Of a stretch of DNA of 64,000 nucleotides, positions 41,167 to 53,257 are shown in pieces. The stretch is from an uncultured Chloroflexia bacterium (GTDB lineage: Bacteria > Chloroflexota > Anaerolineae > B4-G1 > SLSP01), in the NCBI GenBank assembly GCA_963751345.1, contig CAVVUS010000030.1:288001-352000 (forward strand), written 5' to 3'. Below the pieces are notes generated by a model. That model worked only from the letters and a program-made list of their open reading frames with translations. It was not told the origin of the DNA and made no database searches. The translations under genes and the position numbers were made by a program. Numbering within the stretch: position 1 is the first letter of the stretch; every line of letters starts with the position of its first letter.

Positions 41167-41281
41167 CCGCGCGTCCGCCTGGATATTCTGTATTGAGGCG
41201 CACTCGCAGCTTCGGGTGCTATGCACCAAGAGCTTGACAGAATAGCGCCCACAGCCTAGACTTGGGCTAGATCGGTGACCT

Positions 41282-43586
41282 ATGCAATACCAAACTGAGA
41301 TCTTGCACTTCCAGGAAGGCGCACGGAGCAGGAACCCCACTCCCGACGCGACGATTGCCGCGGCACAGCTAAATGCTCTATCGGATGCAGGGAGCCAGAT
41401 TGCGGTCCTCGTCGATCTGGTACCCGAGCTCCCCTACCGCAGCCGCGAGATCCGCACGTTGGTGGTGAAGACCTACTGGTCCTCCTCCGGCAGCATCGTC
41501 GCGCGTCTCCGCCGCGCCCTGGCAGCGGCCAACCGGCATCTGATCACGTTCAACCAAGAGGCGATATCCGGGAACAAATGCTCCGGCAGCATCACCTGTG
41601 CGGTCTTTTCAGGCGATGAGTTGTTCCTGGGCCAGGTCGGGGCCGCCTATGCCTACGTCTACCAACCTCCGAATGCCGCGGGCGTGGGGGAGAGTGAGCT
41701 GGAGGTATTCCCAAAACGAGATCGACTGCTGATTCCCCTGGGTGGCACGGTGCCGCCCGTGATCCATATCGGGTACACGACGATATATCCCGGCAGTATG
41801 GTCTGCCTGGCGACAACCAAGATCGCAGAATCCCAGGCGCGGGAAGTGTGGCAACAGGCGCTCTCTCTGCCGAAGCTCGCCCTGATCTCGAGTCACCTCA
41901 GCCGGGAGTTCACCAACCGTAGAAGTACGGGCAGTATCATCTTGTTCAGCGCACAGGCTACGTCAATACCCAAGCCCGCACCATGGGCTCAGCCGCGGGC
42001 TCACACACAGAGGACAACGCAACCTGAACCCGAGCGGCACACCTCGGTCACGCCGGCTTCGCTCAAGCCGATATCAGCGCCCCGGAGCCGTTCCGGTGCC
42101 AGGCCTACCAGCACCGAGATTCCCTCGGCGGCTGCGGAGCGCCTCGCCGGCCTATCCCGACCGTTTGCCCGGTTTCGAGAGCGAGGAGCCTCTGCCTACG
42201 GGCCGGGATGCGCAGGCCGGATTATCCTTGACTCCGGTCAGGGAATGGATCGAGCAGTCGCAGCGCAACTGGAGAGAACGGCGCAGGCTTCGCCAACTGA
42301 GAGCTACCGAGAGATCCACCACGGCCGAGAGGGCACGTCTCCGGCAGGCGCTGCGCACCCTGCTCCCCGGGAAGATCGAGAGCAGCCAGAAGACCGCTTC
42401 ACGTACCCCTCCTCCCGAACGATCCCCCCTCCTGCGTTGGGTCGCCCTCGGGCTACTGCTGGTCGTCACCCTTGTCACGCTGGGCAAGTACCTGCAGTTA
42501 GGCGGCCCGTTGAAGGCAGAGGAACTGATGGAAGAGGCAAAGACCCTCAGGACCCAGGCATACAGTACCCAGGATCCGGGGGATTGGCACAAGCTTCTCG
42601 ACTTGGCGGGTCAGATCGTACGGCTGGATCCCCAGAATGCCGATGCAGCGCAGTTGAAGGAGGAAGCCCAGCAGGCAGTAGATACGATGGAAAGCGCGGC
42701 GATGCTCAGCGTGACGCCGCTGCTCGACCTGGGGACAGCCCCTGCCCCCAGACGCGTGCTGGTGGCGGACGGTTGGATCTATGTCCTGGAGACGGCGACC
42801 GACGCCGTCATCGCGCTGCCGCTGAATCAGGACGGCGTCTCATCGTCGGCGGAAGGCCCCACGGCTATCTTGAGGCGGGGACAGAGTTATCTAGGTCAGA
42901 CCGTCAACCACCTGGTCGATTTCGGCTGGATCGAACCGGGTGGAAGCTATCCCGACGGGGCAGTCTTTGTCTACAGCGACGGCGGGGACATCTTCATCTA
43001 CGAGCCGGCTCTCGGCCCCGGCAGCATCACGGTACAACATATCCAAGGGGACCTGAATCCCGGGAACGTCACCGCGATGGAGACGTTTGGCGAGAACATC
43101 TATCTCGTGGACAGACAGGCAAACCAGGTCCTGATGTACGAGCCTGTGAACGGCATCTACGATGCTCCGAGGCCATATTTCGCGGAGGGATCCGCTCCGG
43201 ATCTACAATTGGTCCAGGATCTGGCGATTGATGGCCGCGTCTATCTGTTGATGGGCGATGGGAAGGTACTGTCGTACTTCTCCGGCTCCCTGGATCCTTC
43301 ATTTGAGATCAACAGTCTGCCGGACGCCGACTTCACCCCGCTGGTCATGACGATCGACCCCGACCCGGATAGCGGACTAGTCTTCCTCGCCGATTCCCAA
43401 CGCGAGCGGATCATCGCCCTTGACAAGCGCGGCAGCTTCGTCCACCAGTATCGCCTGCCGAAAGGTGAGCTCCAGCGCATCGAAGCCCTCACCGTCAACT
43501 CCCAATCGCAGGTTCTCTATCTGATTGCCGACAATCAGCTCTTCGCGGCACCATTGCCCAACTTCGGGGTTGAGCCGGCGCAGTAA
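41282..43586 (+). CDS. Membrane protein: degenerate PP2C-like N-domain, Pro-rich linker, TM helix, extracytoplasmic beta-propeller-like domain (frameshift ~42100-42170)
   Basis: LRRALAAAN...ITCAVFSGDELFLGQVG PPM-fold pattern; TM WVALGLLLVVTLVTLG; repeated IYLVD/LAIDGRVYLL/VFLADS strands. Confidence 0.6.
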
Positions 43587-43599
43587 ACGCGTGGCGACT

Positions 43600-44205
43600 A
43601 TGCCCGGCGTCACAACCCTGCGCACCTTCATCGCGATTCCTCTCTCCGAGGAGATCCACGGAAAGCTCGCGGGCGTCCAGCGACTGCTCAAGCGAACCGG
43701 CCCCGAGGGCACTGTGCGCTGGGTCGATCCGTCAAGCATTCATCTCACGCTGCACTTTCTCGGTGACATCCTGCCGGAGCGGGTCGAACCCGTTCGCGCC
43801 GCCTTGAGTGTCGTCGCCCGCCACGCCAGCCCCTTCGAATTTGGGGTTGGGGAACTGGGAGCCTTCCCGAATACCAGCCGCCCAAGGGTTGTGTGGGTCG
43901 GCGTACAGGATGCCTCGTCGTGGTTGTCGCTGCTTCACGACGCCGTTAACGAGGCGATGGCCAACCTTGGCTTCACGCCGGAAGAGCGACGCTTCTCACC
44001 TCACCTGACGCTGGGACGTGTCCGGCGCAATGCCGACAGTCGAGACGTCCGGGCGCTGGGGAACACCGTCGCACAGACGGATATCGGCACCCTCGGAACC
44101 GTGCATGCGAGGGAAATCATCTTTTTCCAGAGCGTCCTCAAACCCTCCGGAGCAGAGTATACCGCGCTCCACACCTTCGGGTTGGGGTCCGCCTCCGAAG
44201 GCTGA
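43600..44205 (+). CDS. thpR: RNA 2',3'-cyclic phosphodiesterase (2H phosphoesterase)
   Basis: LRTFIAI, two HxT motifs (HLTLHFLG, PHLTLGR), PRVVWVG. Confidence 0.93.
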   Translation: MPGVTTLRTFIAIPLSEEIHGKLAGVQRLLKRTGPEGTVRWVDPSSIHLTLHFLGDILPERVEPVRAALSVVARHASPFEFGVGELGAFPNTSRPRVVWVGVQDASSWLSLLHDAVNEAMANLGFTPEERRFSPHLTLGRVRRNADSRDVRALGNTVAQTDIGTLGTVHAREIIFFQSVLKPSGAEYTALHTFGLGSASEG

Positions 44206-44213
44206 CCCTTTTT

Positions 44214-45317
44214 CTACGCCTCCATCGCTGCCCGATAGGCCACCATCGTCCGTTCTGCCGTCGCCCGCCAGCTAAACGTTGCAGCTTGCTTGAACCCTGC
44301 CTCGCGTAAGCGGTGACGCAGGTCCCGATCCGCAGCGATGCTGGCGAGCGCCGTGGCAATCGCCGTCACGTCATCCGGATCCACCAGCAACCCGGCCTCC
44401 CCCACCACTTCGGGCAGACTGGCACGATTCGAGACCACGGTAGGCAGACCGCACTGCATCGCCTCCAGGGCAGGCAATCCGAACCCCTCGTAAAACGAAG
44501 GCATCACGAGCAACAGCGCGCCATTGTAGAGGGCGACCAGCTCATCGACCGTGGGTCCCTCGATGAAGTGGACCCAGCCCTCAAGGCCGAGGGACTGGAT
44601 CCGGGCGTAGACCTCGCCGTACAGCCACCCCGGCCGCCCGGCGATGACCAGGCGCTGCGCCTCCCCTCTGTCCCGAAGCAGCGCAACGGCCTCAAGCAGA
44701 CCCGGCAGATTCTTCCGCGGTTCCCAGACACCCACAAAAAGCATATACCCCGGCGTCAGGCCATAGCGTGTCAGCGCGCTCTGGGTGTCGTTGACCGGCA
44801 GCGTCCTGAACCGTTCGTCCGCTGCCAGATAGGCCACGGTCACGCGCTCGTGATCCACCCCCAACAGCTCCACGAGGTCGCGCTGCGTCGCATAGGAGTC
44901 TACAATGATCGCATCCGCACGCTTCACAGCCCACTCGATTTGGTGGTTATAGTAGCGGCGGGCATCCTCCGTGAGATAGTCCGGGTAATGCAGGAAATTG
45001 AGATCGTGCACGGTGGCCACCAGATGACGAGCGCCCCAAGCCGGCGGGATAAAGTCGGTGCTATGGAGGATGTCGAGCCCCATCGGCCACAGCTCCACAC
45101 CAAACAGCCACTTTTCCAGGGGATGATGCGGGGGGGTCCAGACACGACGTGTCCGGGCACCGGGCAGGGCCACCATGTCCTGTTCCTTCCGATGGGAGAT
45201 CAACGACCATTGCTCGGCAGGCTCAAGCTCCGCTAACGCACGGCAGAGGCGCCGTGCGTAACGGGATATGCCGCCGGGAGCATACGCATGCAGACGCAGA
45301 TCGATACCGACCTTCAT
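44214..45317 (-). CDS. Glycosyltransferase family 4
   Basis: GGISRY, TVHDL, FVGVWEPRKN, PSFYEGFGLPALEAMQCG, FSW. Confidence 0.93.
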   Translation of the reverse strand: MKVGIDLRLHAYAPGGISRYARRLCRALAELEPAEQWSLISHRKEQDMVALPGARTRRVWTPPHHPLEKWLFGVELWPMGLDILHSTDFIPPAWGARHLVATVHDLNFLHYPDYLTEDARRYYNHQIEWAVKRADAIIVDSYATQRDLVELLGVDHERVTVAYLAADERFRTLPVNDTQSALTRYGLTPGYMLFVGVWEPRKNLPGLLEAVALLRDRGEAQRLVIAGRPGWLYGEVYARIQSLGLEGWVHFIEGPTVDELVALYNGALLLVMPSFYEGFGLPALEAMQCGLPTVVSNRASLPEVVGEAGLLVDPDDVTAIATALASIAADRDLRHRLREAGFKQAATFSWRATAERTMVAYRAAMEA

Positions 45318-45324
45318 GCTCTTT

Positions 45325-46360
45325 TCAATACCCCCGCGACAGATCCACGATGTTGCGCAGTTGGTCGCCACGCAGATAACGTGCCAGGTTGTCCAGGAAG
45401 AGCTCGGCCTCGCGCTGCTTGAAGTGCGGCGTGCTCCAACTGTTATGGGGCGTGATCATCACGTTTGGCAGATCCCACAGCGGCGAGTCCGCCGGCAGGG
45501 GTTCCTCATCGAAGACGTCCAGCGCCGCACCCCCGATCTGCCCCTCTCGCAAGGCCTCGATGAGCGCTTCGTGATCGACAATGGGGCCGCGGGCGATATT
45601 GATCAGCCAAGCGTCGGATCGCATCCGGCGTAATTCCGTCCGTGCTGAGCAGGCCCCGCGTCTGAGGGGTCAAAGGTGCAGCGACCACAACAAAGTCCGA
45701 CGCCGCCAGCAAATCCGGCAGTCGATCGGGTGAGAGGACCTCATCGGCGCAGGAGGCAGCGCGCTCGGGATGTTGACGTGTGGCAATCACACGCATCCCC
45801 ATCGCCTGGCAACGGCATGCGATCTCCGTCCCGATGCTGCCAAGGCCGATGAGCCCGACGGTAAGATCGCTCAGCTCGCGCAGCCGCAGGAGATGCCATT
45901 GGTGCGCCCGCTGTTGGACGAGGAACTCGGGAACGCGTTTTGCTACCACGAGGATCCACGTCAACACCGCCTCGGCGATCGGCACATCGAAGACGCCGGC
46001 CGCGTTGGTGATCACGACATCGCGACCCGGCGACATCGCCCGCACCACGTGCTCCACGCCGGCTGTCATCACGTGGGCCCATCGCAGCGTGGGCGCGTGG
46101 AGAAGCAGTTTCAGTGACTCGTGCGAGAGCGTCCACGGTACCATCACGACCTCGGCATCCTGGATATCCGGCCGGCTGCGCTCGTCGTGACCCTCCACCC
46201 TATCGGAGCTCATGTCATTGGGCGTTACATCGCCATCGGTGAAGCCGAGATCCTCGATGAGCACGATATCACAAGCGTCGAGAAGATCCCAGTCTTCCAC
46301 CAACTCGCACGTGCGCGTCTGCAGGATCGGTAACACAAACTCGGGCATGACGATCTTCAT
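45325..46360 (-). CDS. D-2-hydroxyacid dehydrogenase (frameshift ~45635)
   Basis: AGVEH, TNAAGV, GLIGLGSIG, APLTPQT, LINIARG, AALDVFDEEPL, ITPH. Confidence 0.9.
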
Positions 46361-46476
46361 CAGCAACCTCGCATCAAGTCATTCGAGTCGAGCATACCTG
46401 ATTTGAGGGCAAAGTCCAAACACACGTTGCACCTTTCCCGGCCCATGCTCTGTGTTATGATACGTGCGGAGGATTT

Positions 46477-47647
46477 ATGTCGAAACAATACATCGTGCAC
46501 TACGGCGAGCTCGGTCTCAAGGGACACAACCGTGTCAACTTTGAGCGAAGGCTTGTCAGCAACATCCAGACCGCGCTACGAGATCTCGGAGACGCGAAGG
46601 TCTCCCGTTCGTACGGATACATCGTCGTCAAGTCCCCTGAGGGAGCCACGGCGGGCGAGATGGAGGCACGGCTCAGCCGGCTCCCCGGTATCGCTTACAT
46701 CGCCCCGGTGACCACGACACCGCTCGATATGGACGTAATCGGCGAGACTGCGGTGATGCTGGCACGTGACGTCATCACGCCGGAGACCAGCTTCCGCGTC
46801 CGCACTGCACGGGGTAACAAGCAATTCCCCTACACCTCGCCCGAGGTAGATCGAGAGGTCGGAGGCCGGATTGCCGATGAGATCGGGGCACCGGTCGATC
46901 TGAGGGACGCCGACGTCACGCTCACGATTCAGATCTATGACGAAGAGGCTTATATCTTTGTCCGCCGGATTCCGGGATTGGGCGGGCTTCCGGTCGGCTC
47001 CAGCGGACGCGTGATCGCGCTCTTCTCCGGAGGCATCGACTCGCCGGTCGCGGCACACCTGATGATGAAGCGAGGATGCACCATCGACTTCGTGCACTTC
47101 CACCTTCTGCGGGGAACGCAACAGATTCACGACGCGAAGGTCGTGGCGATGGCGCATCAGCTCCTGGCACCCCACCGTGTCGCCGGTCGTCTCTTCATGA
47201 TCTCCGCAGCGCCCTTCGAGGCCGCGATGGCCTCGCTGAACTCCCGCGTCGCGACCGTGGTATTTCGGCGCTTCATCATGCGGGCCGCGGAGAAGAGTCG
47301 CCTTCTACCGCAAGGCGCCCGCCCTCGTGACGGGCGAAAGCCTCGGGCAGGTCGCCTCGCAAACCCTCAAGAACATCAACGTGATCGCCGACGCCACCCA
47401 TATGCCGATCCTTCGTCCCCTGATCGGGATGGACAAGCTGGAGATCATCGACATCGCGAAAGAGATCGGAACGTACGAGATCTCCATACAGCCCTATCAG
47501 GATCCGTGTTCGCTCCATGCCCAGAGTCCCGCGACCTGGTCGCGGTTGGATCAGGTCCGCCAGGTCGAGGACGAGATCGACGCCGAATCCCTGCTTCATG
47601 AGACGATGACGCACCACGTCGAGGAGATCCGTATCTCCTTCACGTAG
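46477..47647 (+). CDS. thiI: tRNA 4-thiouridine synthase ThiI (frameshift ~47300)
   Basis: YGELGLKGHNR, THUMP domain, GGLPVG, LFSGGIDSPVA, TGESLGQVASQT, LRPLIGMDK. Confidence 0.95.
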
Positions 47648-47656
47648 AGAGAGAGA

Positions 47657-47727
47657 ACCTTCCGGGAAGGTACAATGAGAGTGGGCTCGCGGAGCTGCCA
47701 TTCTAGAGGCTTACCATCCCGGAAGGT
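47657..47727. repeat. Palindromic REP-like doublet (same family as 40233)
   Basis: ACCTTCCGGGAAGGT (47657-47671) ... ACCATCCCGGAAGGT (47713-47727). Confidence 0.72.
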
Positions 47728-47782
47728 AGAACGTGCTATACTAAGGGTGAACGTCAGGACCGACCGAAACGGAGCCCAAGAC

Positions 47783-49073
47783 ATGGATTTGCGCGCCTTC
47801 ATCGCCGAACTGGATGCAGCGGGCGAACTGCAGCGGATTTCCGATGCGGTCTCCCCGCAGTTCGAGGTTGCGAGCATTCTCGCCCGTCACGACGGGCAGC
47901 CGCTGCTGTTTGAACATCTGACGGGCTATCCCGGTTGGCGCCTCGCCTCCGGCTACGTCGCCCAGCGCTCCCACTTCGCCCGGGTCCTTGGCTGCAGTGT
48001 GAACGAGTTGGTTCCCGCGATGGCAAAGGCGTTGGCCCAGCCGGCGACACCCCCATTTGTCGAGGAAGCACCGTGCCAGGAGGTCGTGCTATCTGACGTC
48101 GATCTCGACCGGATCCCGATTCCGCGCTACCACCCCCAGGACGGGGGGCCCTACATCACCGCCGGGGTCGCGGTTATCGTCGATCCGGACTATGGGCGCA
48201 ATCTCTCCTTTCACCGGCTGATGCGCATCGGGAGGGACCGCCTGGTAGGGCGCATCGTCGAACAGCGGGGAACTGACACGGCGTGGCGGAAGTTCCCGGA
48301 CGGGCTGCCGATGGCGGTCTGTATCGGGCTGCCACCCCACATCCTCCTGGCAGCCGCCATGTCACCCCCCAAAGGGGTGGATGAGATGGGTATCGCCCAG
48401 GCGATGGCCCCAACACCGATGACGCGAGCGAGGACGGTCCCCCTGGAGATCCCGGCGAACGCGGAGTTGGTGTTCGAGGGCGTCCTGACCCATGAGTTTG
48501 CGTCTGAAGGCCCCTTCCCGGACCTGTCAGGGACGATGGACGGCGTCCGAGAGCAGCCGATCTTCAAAGTCACGACCATCACCCACCGGCGCGACCCCAT
48601 CTTTCACGCGCTGCTGCCGGCGGGACTCGAGCACAAGAACCTGATGGGAATGCCACGGGAACCCACGATCTACGCAGAGGTAAGTAAGGTCGCGACCTGT
48701 ACGGGAGGTCCTGATCACGCCCGGAGGCTGCTCGTGGCTACACGCCGTGGTACAGATTGAGCCTCACGGGCCGGACGATGCGCGGCAGGCGATCGAGGCG
48801 GCATTCCGCGGCCACAGCTCATTGAAGCACGTGGTAGTGGTAGATACGGACGTGGATATCCACGACCCAGCCGACGTGGAGTGGGCCATTGCCACCCGCT
48901 TTCAAGCCGACCGTGACCTTATCCTCCTCCGAGGGCAGCCAAGCTCCAGCCTCGACCCCAGCGCTCGCCAGATTCCCGGCCAGAAGACGCAGACGGCGAA
49001 GATGGGATTGGACGCTACGATCCCCTGGGGTGCCGAGAAGGAAGGGTACCTCCGCGTGCACTATGCGATGTAA
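47783..49073 (+). CDS. UbiD-family prFMN decarboxylase, archaeal short type (probable anhydromevalonate-phosphate decarboxylase; frameshift ~48705)
   Basis: DGGPYITAG, NLSFHRL, EGPFPDLSGTMD, EHKNLMGMPREP, HSSLKHVVVVDTD, VEWAIATRFQADRD, SSLDPS, KMGLDAT. Confidence 0.88.
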
Positions 49074-49096
49074 ACGTTCATTGGCAAAGGCCGGGT

Positions 49097-49126
49097 GGGG
49101 CGTGCAGACACGGGGCGTGCAGACAC
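49097..49126. repeat. Intergenic tandem duplication (2 x 15 bp)
   Basis: GGGGCGTGCAGACAC twice. Confidence 0.7.
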
Positions 49127-49176
49127 GCCAGGGCAAGCTCTCTAGCACCCGGCGCCTAGAGACAAGGAGGGACACG

Positions 49177-49878
49177 ATGAAATTCATCAATGGGCTAAAC
49201 CGCGCCGTTGTCGTGATCATATGCCTCGTGCTGATGGTGGGGCTCACGGCTCTCTTCCTCATGCCAGAGATCGTCCTCCGGGACGTGGGGCAGTGGATGG
49301 TGAATTGGGGTGGCTACCTCGGAGGCCAGGTCGCATGGATTCGCCTTGCCGTGGGGATCGTGTTGACCATCGTGGTGGACGCACTGCTTCTGATCGCGAT
49401 CTTCCTGGAGGTTCGTCGCGGACGTCAGCGCTACATCAGGGTGCAGCAGGTCGCCGGCGGGATGGCAACTATCGGCGTTGACAGCGTGACGGAACTGCTG
49501 CATTACAAGCTCGATCCGCTGCCGGGTGTGATCAAGGTGATCCCGGACATCCGGGCAAAGGGCAACAGGGTGGATGCCAGGGTCGAAGTGGGGGTGAGCC
49601 GCGGCACGAACGTGCCGGAGACCGCCAACCGGGTCATCAGGGAGATCCAGTCAGCCCTCACCGACGATTTGGGCATGCAGATCGCGGGTCAGCCGCAGGT
49701 CCGGGTGACCGTCCTCGCGCAGGAGGGCAGGAGGGTAGCTCCGACCCGGACCCCGCCGCCGATACCGGTGCCCTCGACGGCGCCGTCGGGCAGTAGCGTC
49801 GAGGAGGCCCAGGGCGACTCACTCGGTGAGCAGCCCTCGCAAGAGCCCGACGACGACCGAGAAGCCGAAGACGCGTGA
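49177..49878 (+). CDS. Alkaline shock/Asp23-AmaP-like membrane anchor protein
   Basis: RBS AAGGAGG; MKFINGLNR, two TM helices, then a small alpha/beta domain (LPGVIKV...NVPETANRV). Confidence 0.65.
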   Translation: MKFINGLNRAVVVIICLVLMVGLTALFLMPEIVLRDVGQWMVNWGGYLGGQVAWIRLAVGIVLTIVVDALLLIAIFLEVRRGRQRYIRVQQVAGGMATIGVDSVTELLHYKLDPLPGVIKVIPDIRAKGNRVDARVEVGVSRGTNVPETANRVIREIQSALTDDLGMQIAGQPQVRVTVLAQEGRRVAPTRTPPPIPVPSTAPSGSSVEEAQGDSLGEQPSQEPDDDREAEDA

Positions 49879-50406
49879 GTGATACCGAAAGACCGGCCCC
49901 CGAAGCGTTGCTGGAGGCCCTGATCTTCACCTCGCCCCAGCCTGTATCGGTCGAAGCCCTGGCTGGGGCGACCGGACTCTCCCTGGAGGAGACGGAGGAC
50001 GCGCTGGCAACCCTGGAGGCACAGAGCGCACACCGGGGACTCCGCCTCCAGCGCAGCCACGACCGGCTGCAATTCGTCTCTATGCCCGAAGCTGCACCCT
50101 ACATCGAGGAGCTACTGGGGTTGGACGTGACGTTACGCCTCACACAGGCCGCGATGGAGACGTTAGCCATCGTCGCCTATGCCCAACCCGTGACCCGCCC
50201 ACAGCTGGAGTCGATTCGCGGGGTCAGCTCGGATAGCACGATACGCACACTGCTATCCGCAGGATTGATCGAGGAGATGGGGCGAGCCGATAGCGCTGGG
50301 TCGCCCGATCCTGTACGGGACGACGTTCGAATTCCTCCAGCAGTTCGGGCTCAAACAGCCCGATGACCTTCCCCCCTGCAAGCCAAGGGAGACACTCCGA
50401 GCGTAG
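49875..50406 (+). CDS. scpB: SMC-Scp complex subunit ScpB (frameshift ~50295)
   Basis: LEALIFTSPQP, LTQAAMETLAIVAYAQPVTR..IRGV, ILYGTTFEFLQQFGL. Confidence 0.93.
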
Positions 50407-50478
50407 AAACTGAGTCTCAAGGTCAGGCATAGGGCGCTGGGCGCACCCCTATCAGGCGATGTGCGACGCTGCGAGTCA

Positions 50479-53210
50479 ATGAGCCGATCCGGTGTCCCGC
50501 AACCCTCGGGGCCGACCGCGCATCGCGGCTCCCCCTCCCCACCCCTCTCGACTAGGGGGAGGGAGAAGAGGACGCGGCTAGGACGCCGTCCGCGGCTGGG
50601 ACGCCGTCCGCGGCTGAGGGGCTTCCTCCTCCTCTGCTTGGTGGTGCTGTTCGCGGGCGGTCGCCCGTTGAGGCACGCAGCGAGTTCGCACAGGCCGCTA
50701 CGAACCCCGTAAGCGTCTACTACGTAGGTCCGGAGGACGTCATCGCCAATGCCATCGACCGTGCGGCGCCCTATGTCGTGCGGGTGGATCAGCCGGATCT
50801 CGCCCAGGTCATCGTCATTAACAACGCGCCGCTGAAGGACTCGCTCGAGGTCTTCAGCAACGAGATCCAACAAAGCCGAGTCGGGCTCGTCCTGTTCTGC
50901 GGCCCGTTCTTTCCCGAGACCGCGGAAGATCTTCGGGCGCTCTTGGCCGTAAGCACGTTCGGACTCGATCGGACATCGAGCCCGGAACCGGTTCAGGTTT
51001 CGACCGTGGACGATCCCCTCCAGCACGCGATCACCTGGAGATCCGCACCCGAGATTCAGGCGCGGACCTTGATCACCAACCCCAACCTGCTGCAGCCGGT
51101 GGTGACCACGGCCTCGGGCCAGGGTGTGATCCAGCGCGTCCGGAGCCGAGATCAAACCCAGGCATTGATCGTCGATGGGTGGCTGAGCGATCCCTCGAAC
51201 GCGGCGTGGTCGACGTGGCCCTACTTCAACTATCTGATCTACGACCTGATCGCAGATGCGGCCAATGCTGCCAGGGTTCTCGCTTATGCAGACTACCCCG
51301 CATCGCCGGCCCCGGCGCGGACGGGCCGATGGGCCATAGCAGGCGCGGGACTGGGGTTGGTGATCGGCGCGGGGGCAATTTACTACGCCGCCCGGCGTCG
51401 CCTCTACCTGAGACCAGACCTGGCCGACAAGTGGCGTGAGACCATGCGCGGAACCGCGCGACCATCAGGACCCGAGGCATGGCGGCGTGCCGGATTCCAT
51501 CGCCCCCTCGCCGGATTCCTCACCTATCTGCCCCTGGCTCTGCTGCTCTTCTTGCCCCTGATCGCCTATGATGTCTACGTTCTCCCCGACCTCCTGATGC
51601 CGGATGCGCAGGGGCTGCAAACCTGGGAGACAGTCATCACTTGGACGATGATCGTCTGGATTTTGCTGGATGCAGGGATGGGCACCGCAGTCGTGCGTAT
51701 GTACAGTGCGCACCACATCCACTTTCCGCAGCGCGCCTCGCGATACCTGCAGTTCTATATATGGTGGCAGATCATCAGCGGGGCGCTGCAGCTCGGGATC
51801 ACGTGCGTGCTGTGTGCCGTGGTCAATACCGGCGATAGGACTGGCCCATCTCACCTACTATATCCTGGCACGTGCCGCACTCCAGCTTCTGGGATTCATG
51901 GGGGTCTTCGGGGTAGCTTTCCGCGCGCGCCAGCGTTTCGACTTCCAGCAGTTTCTCAACCTTACCGCGATGCTAAGCGTGCCGCTTCTGCAGATCACGC
52001 TCATCCTTCTCTTGCGACCGTGGGGAGAAGTCACGACGGAGATCGGCCCAGGGCTGGGCGGCGCGCTTGGGCTCGCCGGCGGCGTCGTGCTCGCGAATCT
52101 CTTCACGTTTGTCCTTGGGCGCTCTTCTCTACCGCCGAGATGGCCAGAGTATTGGGGCGCTGTTCCTGCCCACGTTCGATGCCCAGACGTCCAGAGACAC
52201 GCTGTCGTTTGGGATCCCGTGGGCAATTGGTGCGGCGATTCCAGCTATCGGCGTACTGCTTCAGACCCATGTGCTGGTCTCACAGCTGACGCCCCCGAGT
52301 CTGCGGGTCGAGAGCTGGCGCCTCCTATTGCTCCTCGCAGGGGGGTTCGAAATTCTGCTCACCGGCCTTTATCGTGACCTGATGCCGATGCTGTCAGAGG
52401 CGCAATCGATGAACTTCCGAACGCTGCTGCGTTACGCGACCAGCCAGGGCATCCGGTATGGCGCATGGTTCAGCTTCTTCCTGTTCGCGGTCCTGGGCGT
52501 CCTCGGTGAGCGCGCCTTCGCCACAATACTCAGCCCTCGCTACGGAGATGCGGCGCCGTGGCTGATGGCGCTGCTCCTGTGGGGTGCACTGCGCTGGGCG
52601 ACGTGGCTACCGGATCGCATGCTGGAGGCTGCAGGACGTCCCTGGTTTATCGCCCTCCTGTCGCTCATCGAGCAAGCTGTGCGAATCGGGGGAGGCCTGG
52701 TCCTGGTGCGGCGCATGGGGTACGCCAGGGCTGTTGGCAGCCTATGGCGCCGGACTCCTTCTGAGAGCGCTGCTCGCTCGGCGCTTCGCCGGGCACTATC
52801 TCGTCCAGGCCCGGATCTACGTCTGGCAGGCGCTCGTTGCCCCCGCAGGGGGCGCAATCCTCACCTATCAGATCCTGCGCATCATCCTGATGTATACATG
52901 GCCGGCCACCGCATCACCCACGACGTGGCTTGGTGGGGCGCTGCTCGCCATTGGGCTGCTGCTTCCCGCTCTATGGATCTACGGATTTCTCACCGCGCTC
53001 CTGGGAGGGTGGGACGATGGCGGTCTCGCGGAGTTGCAGGAGGCCACGAGCATCAGCAGCGTCGGCTACCCCGCCGCGTGGGTGCTCGTGCAATGTGTCC
53101 GCCTTGGCGCCCACATCTCACCCTTGCACGCACGCTTTCCCATCGCGCTTTATACGCCGGCCCAGAGAGAAGCCCGCGAGCTCACCTTGGCACAACGGCA
53201 ACCTGAGTAG
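50479..53210 (+). CDS. Large membrane protein: extracytoplasmic N-domain + multi-TM flippase/MATE-like region (at least 4 frameshifts)
   Basis: Joined ORFs 50461, 50778, 51670, 52067 and 52584; signal-like N-terminus, GFHRPLAGFL, LDAGMGTAVVR, more than 10 TM helices. Confidence 0.6.
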
Positions 53211-53257
53211 ATAATGGATGCGGAAAGGACCACATCGCAGCCGAATCTTGGACATTC

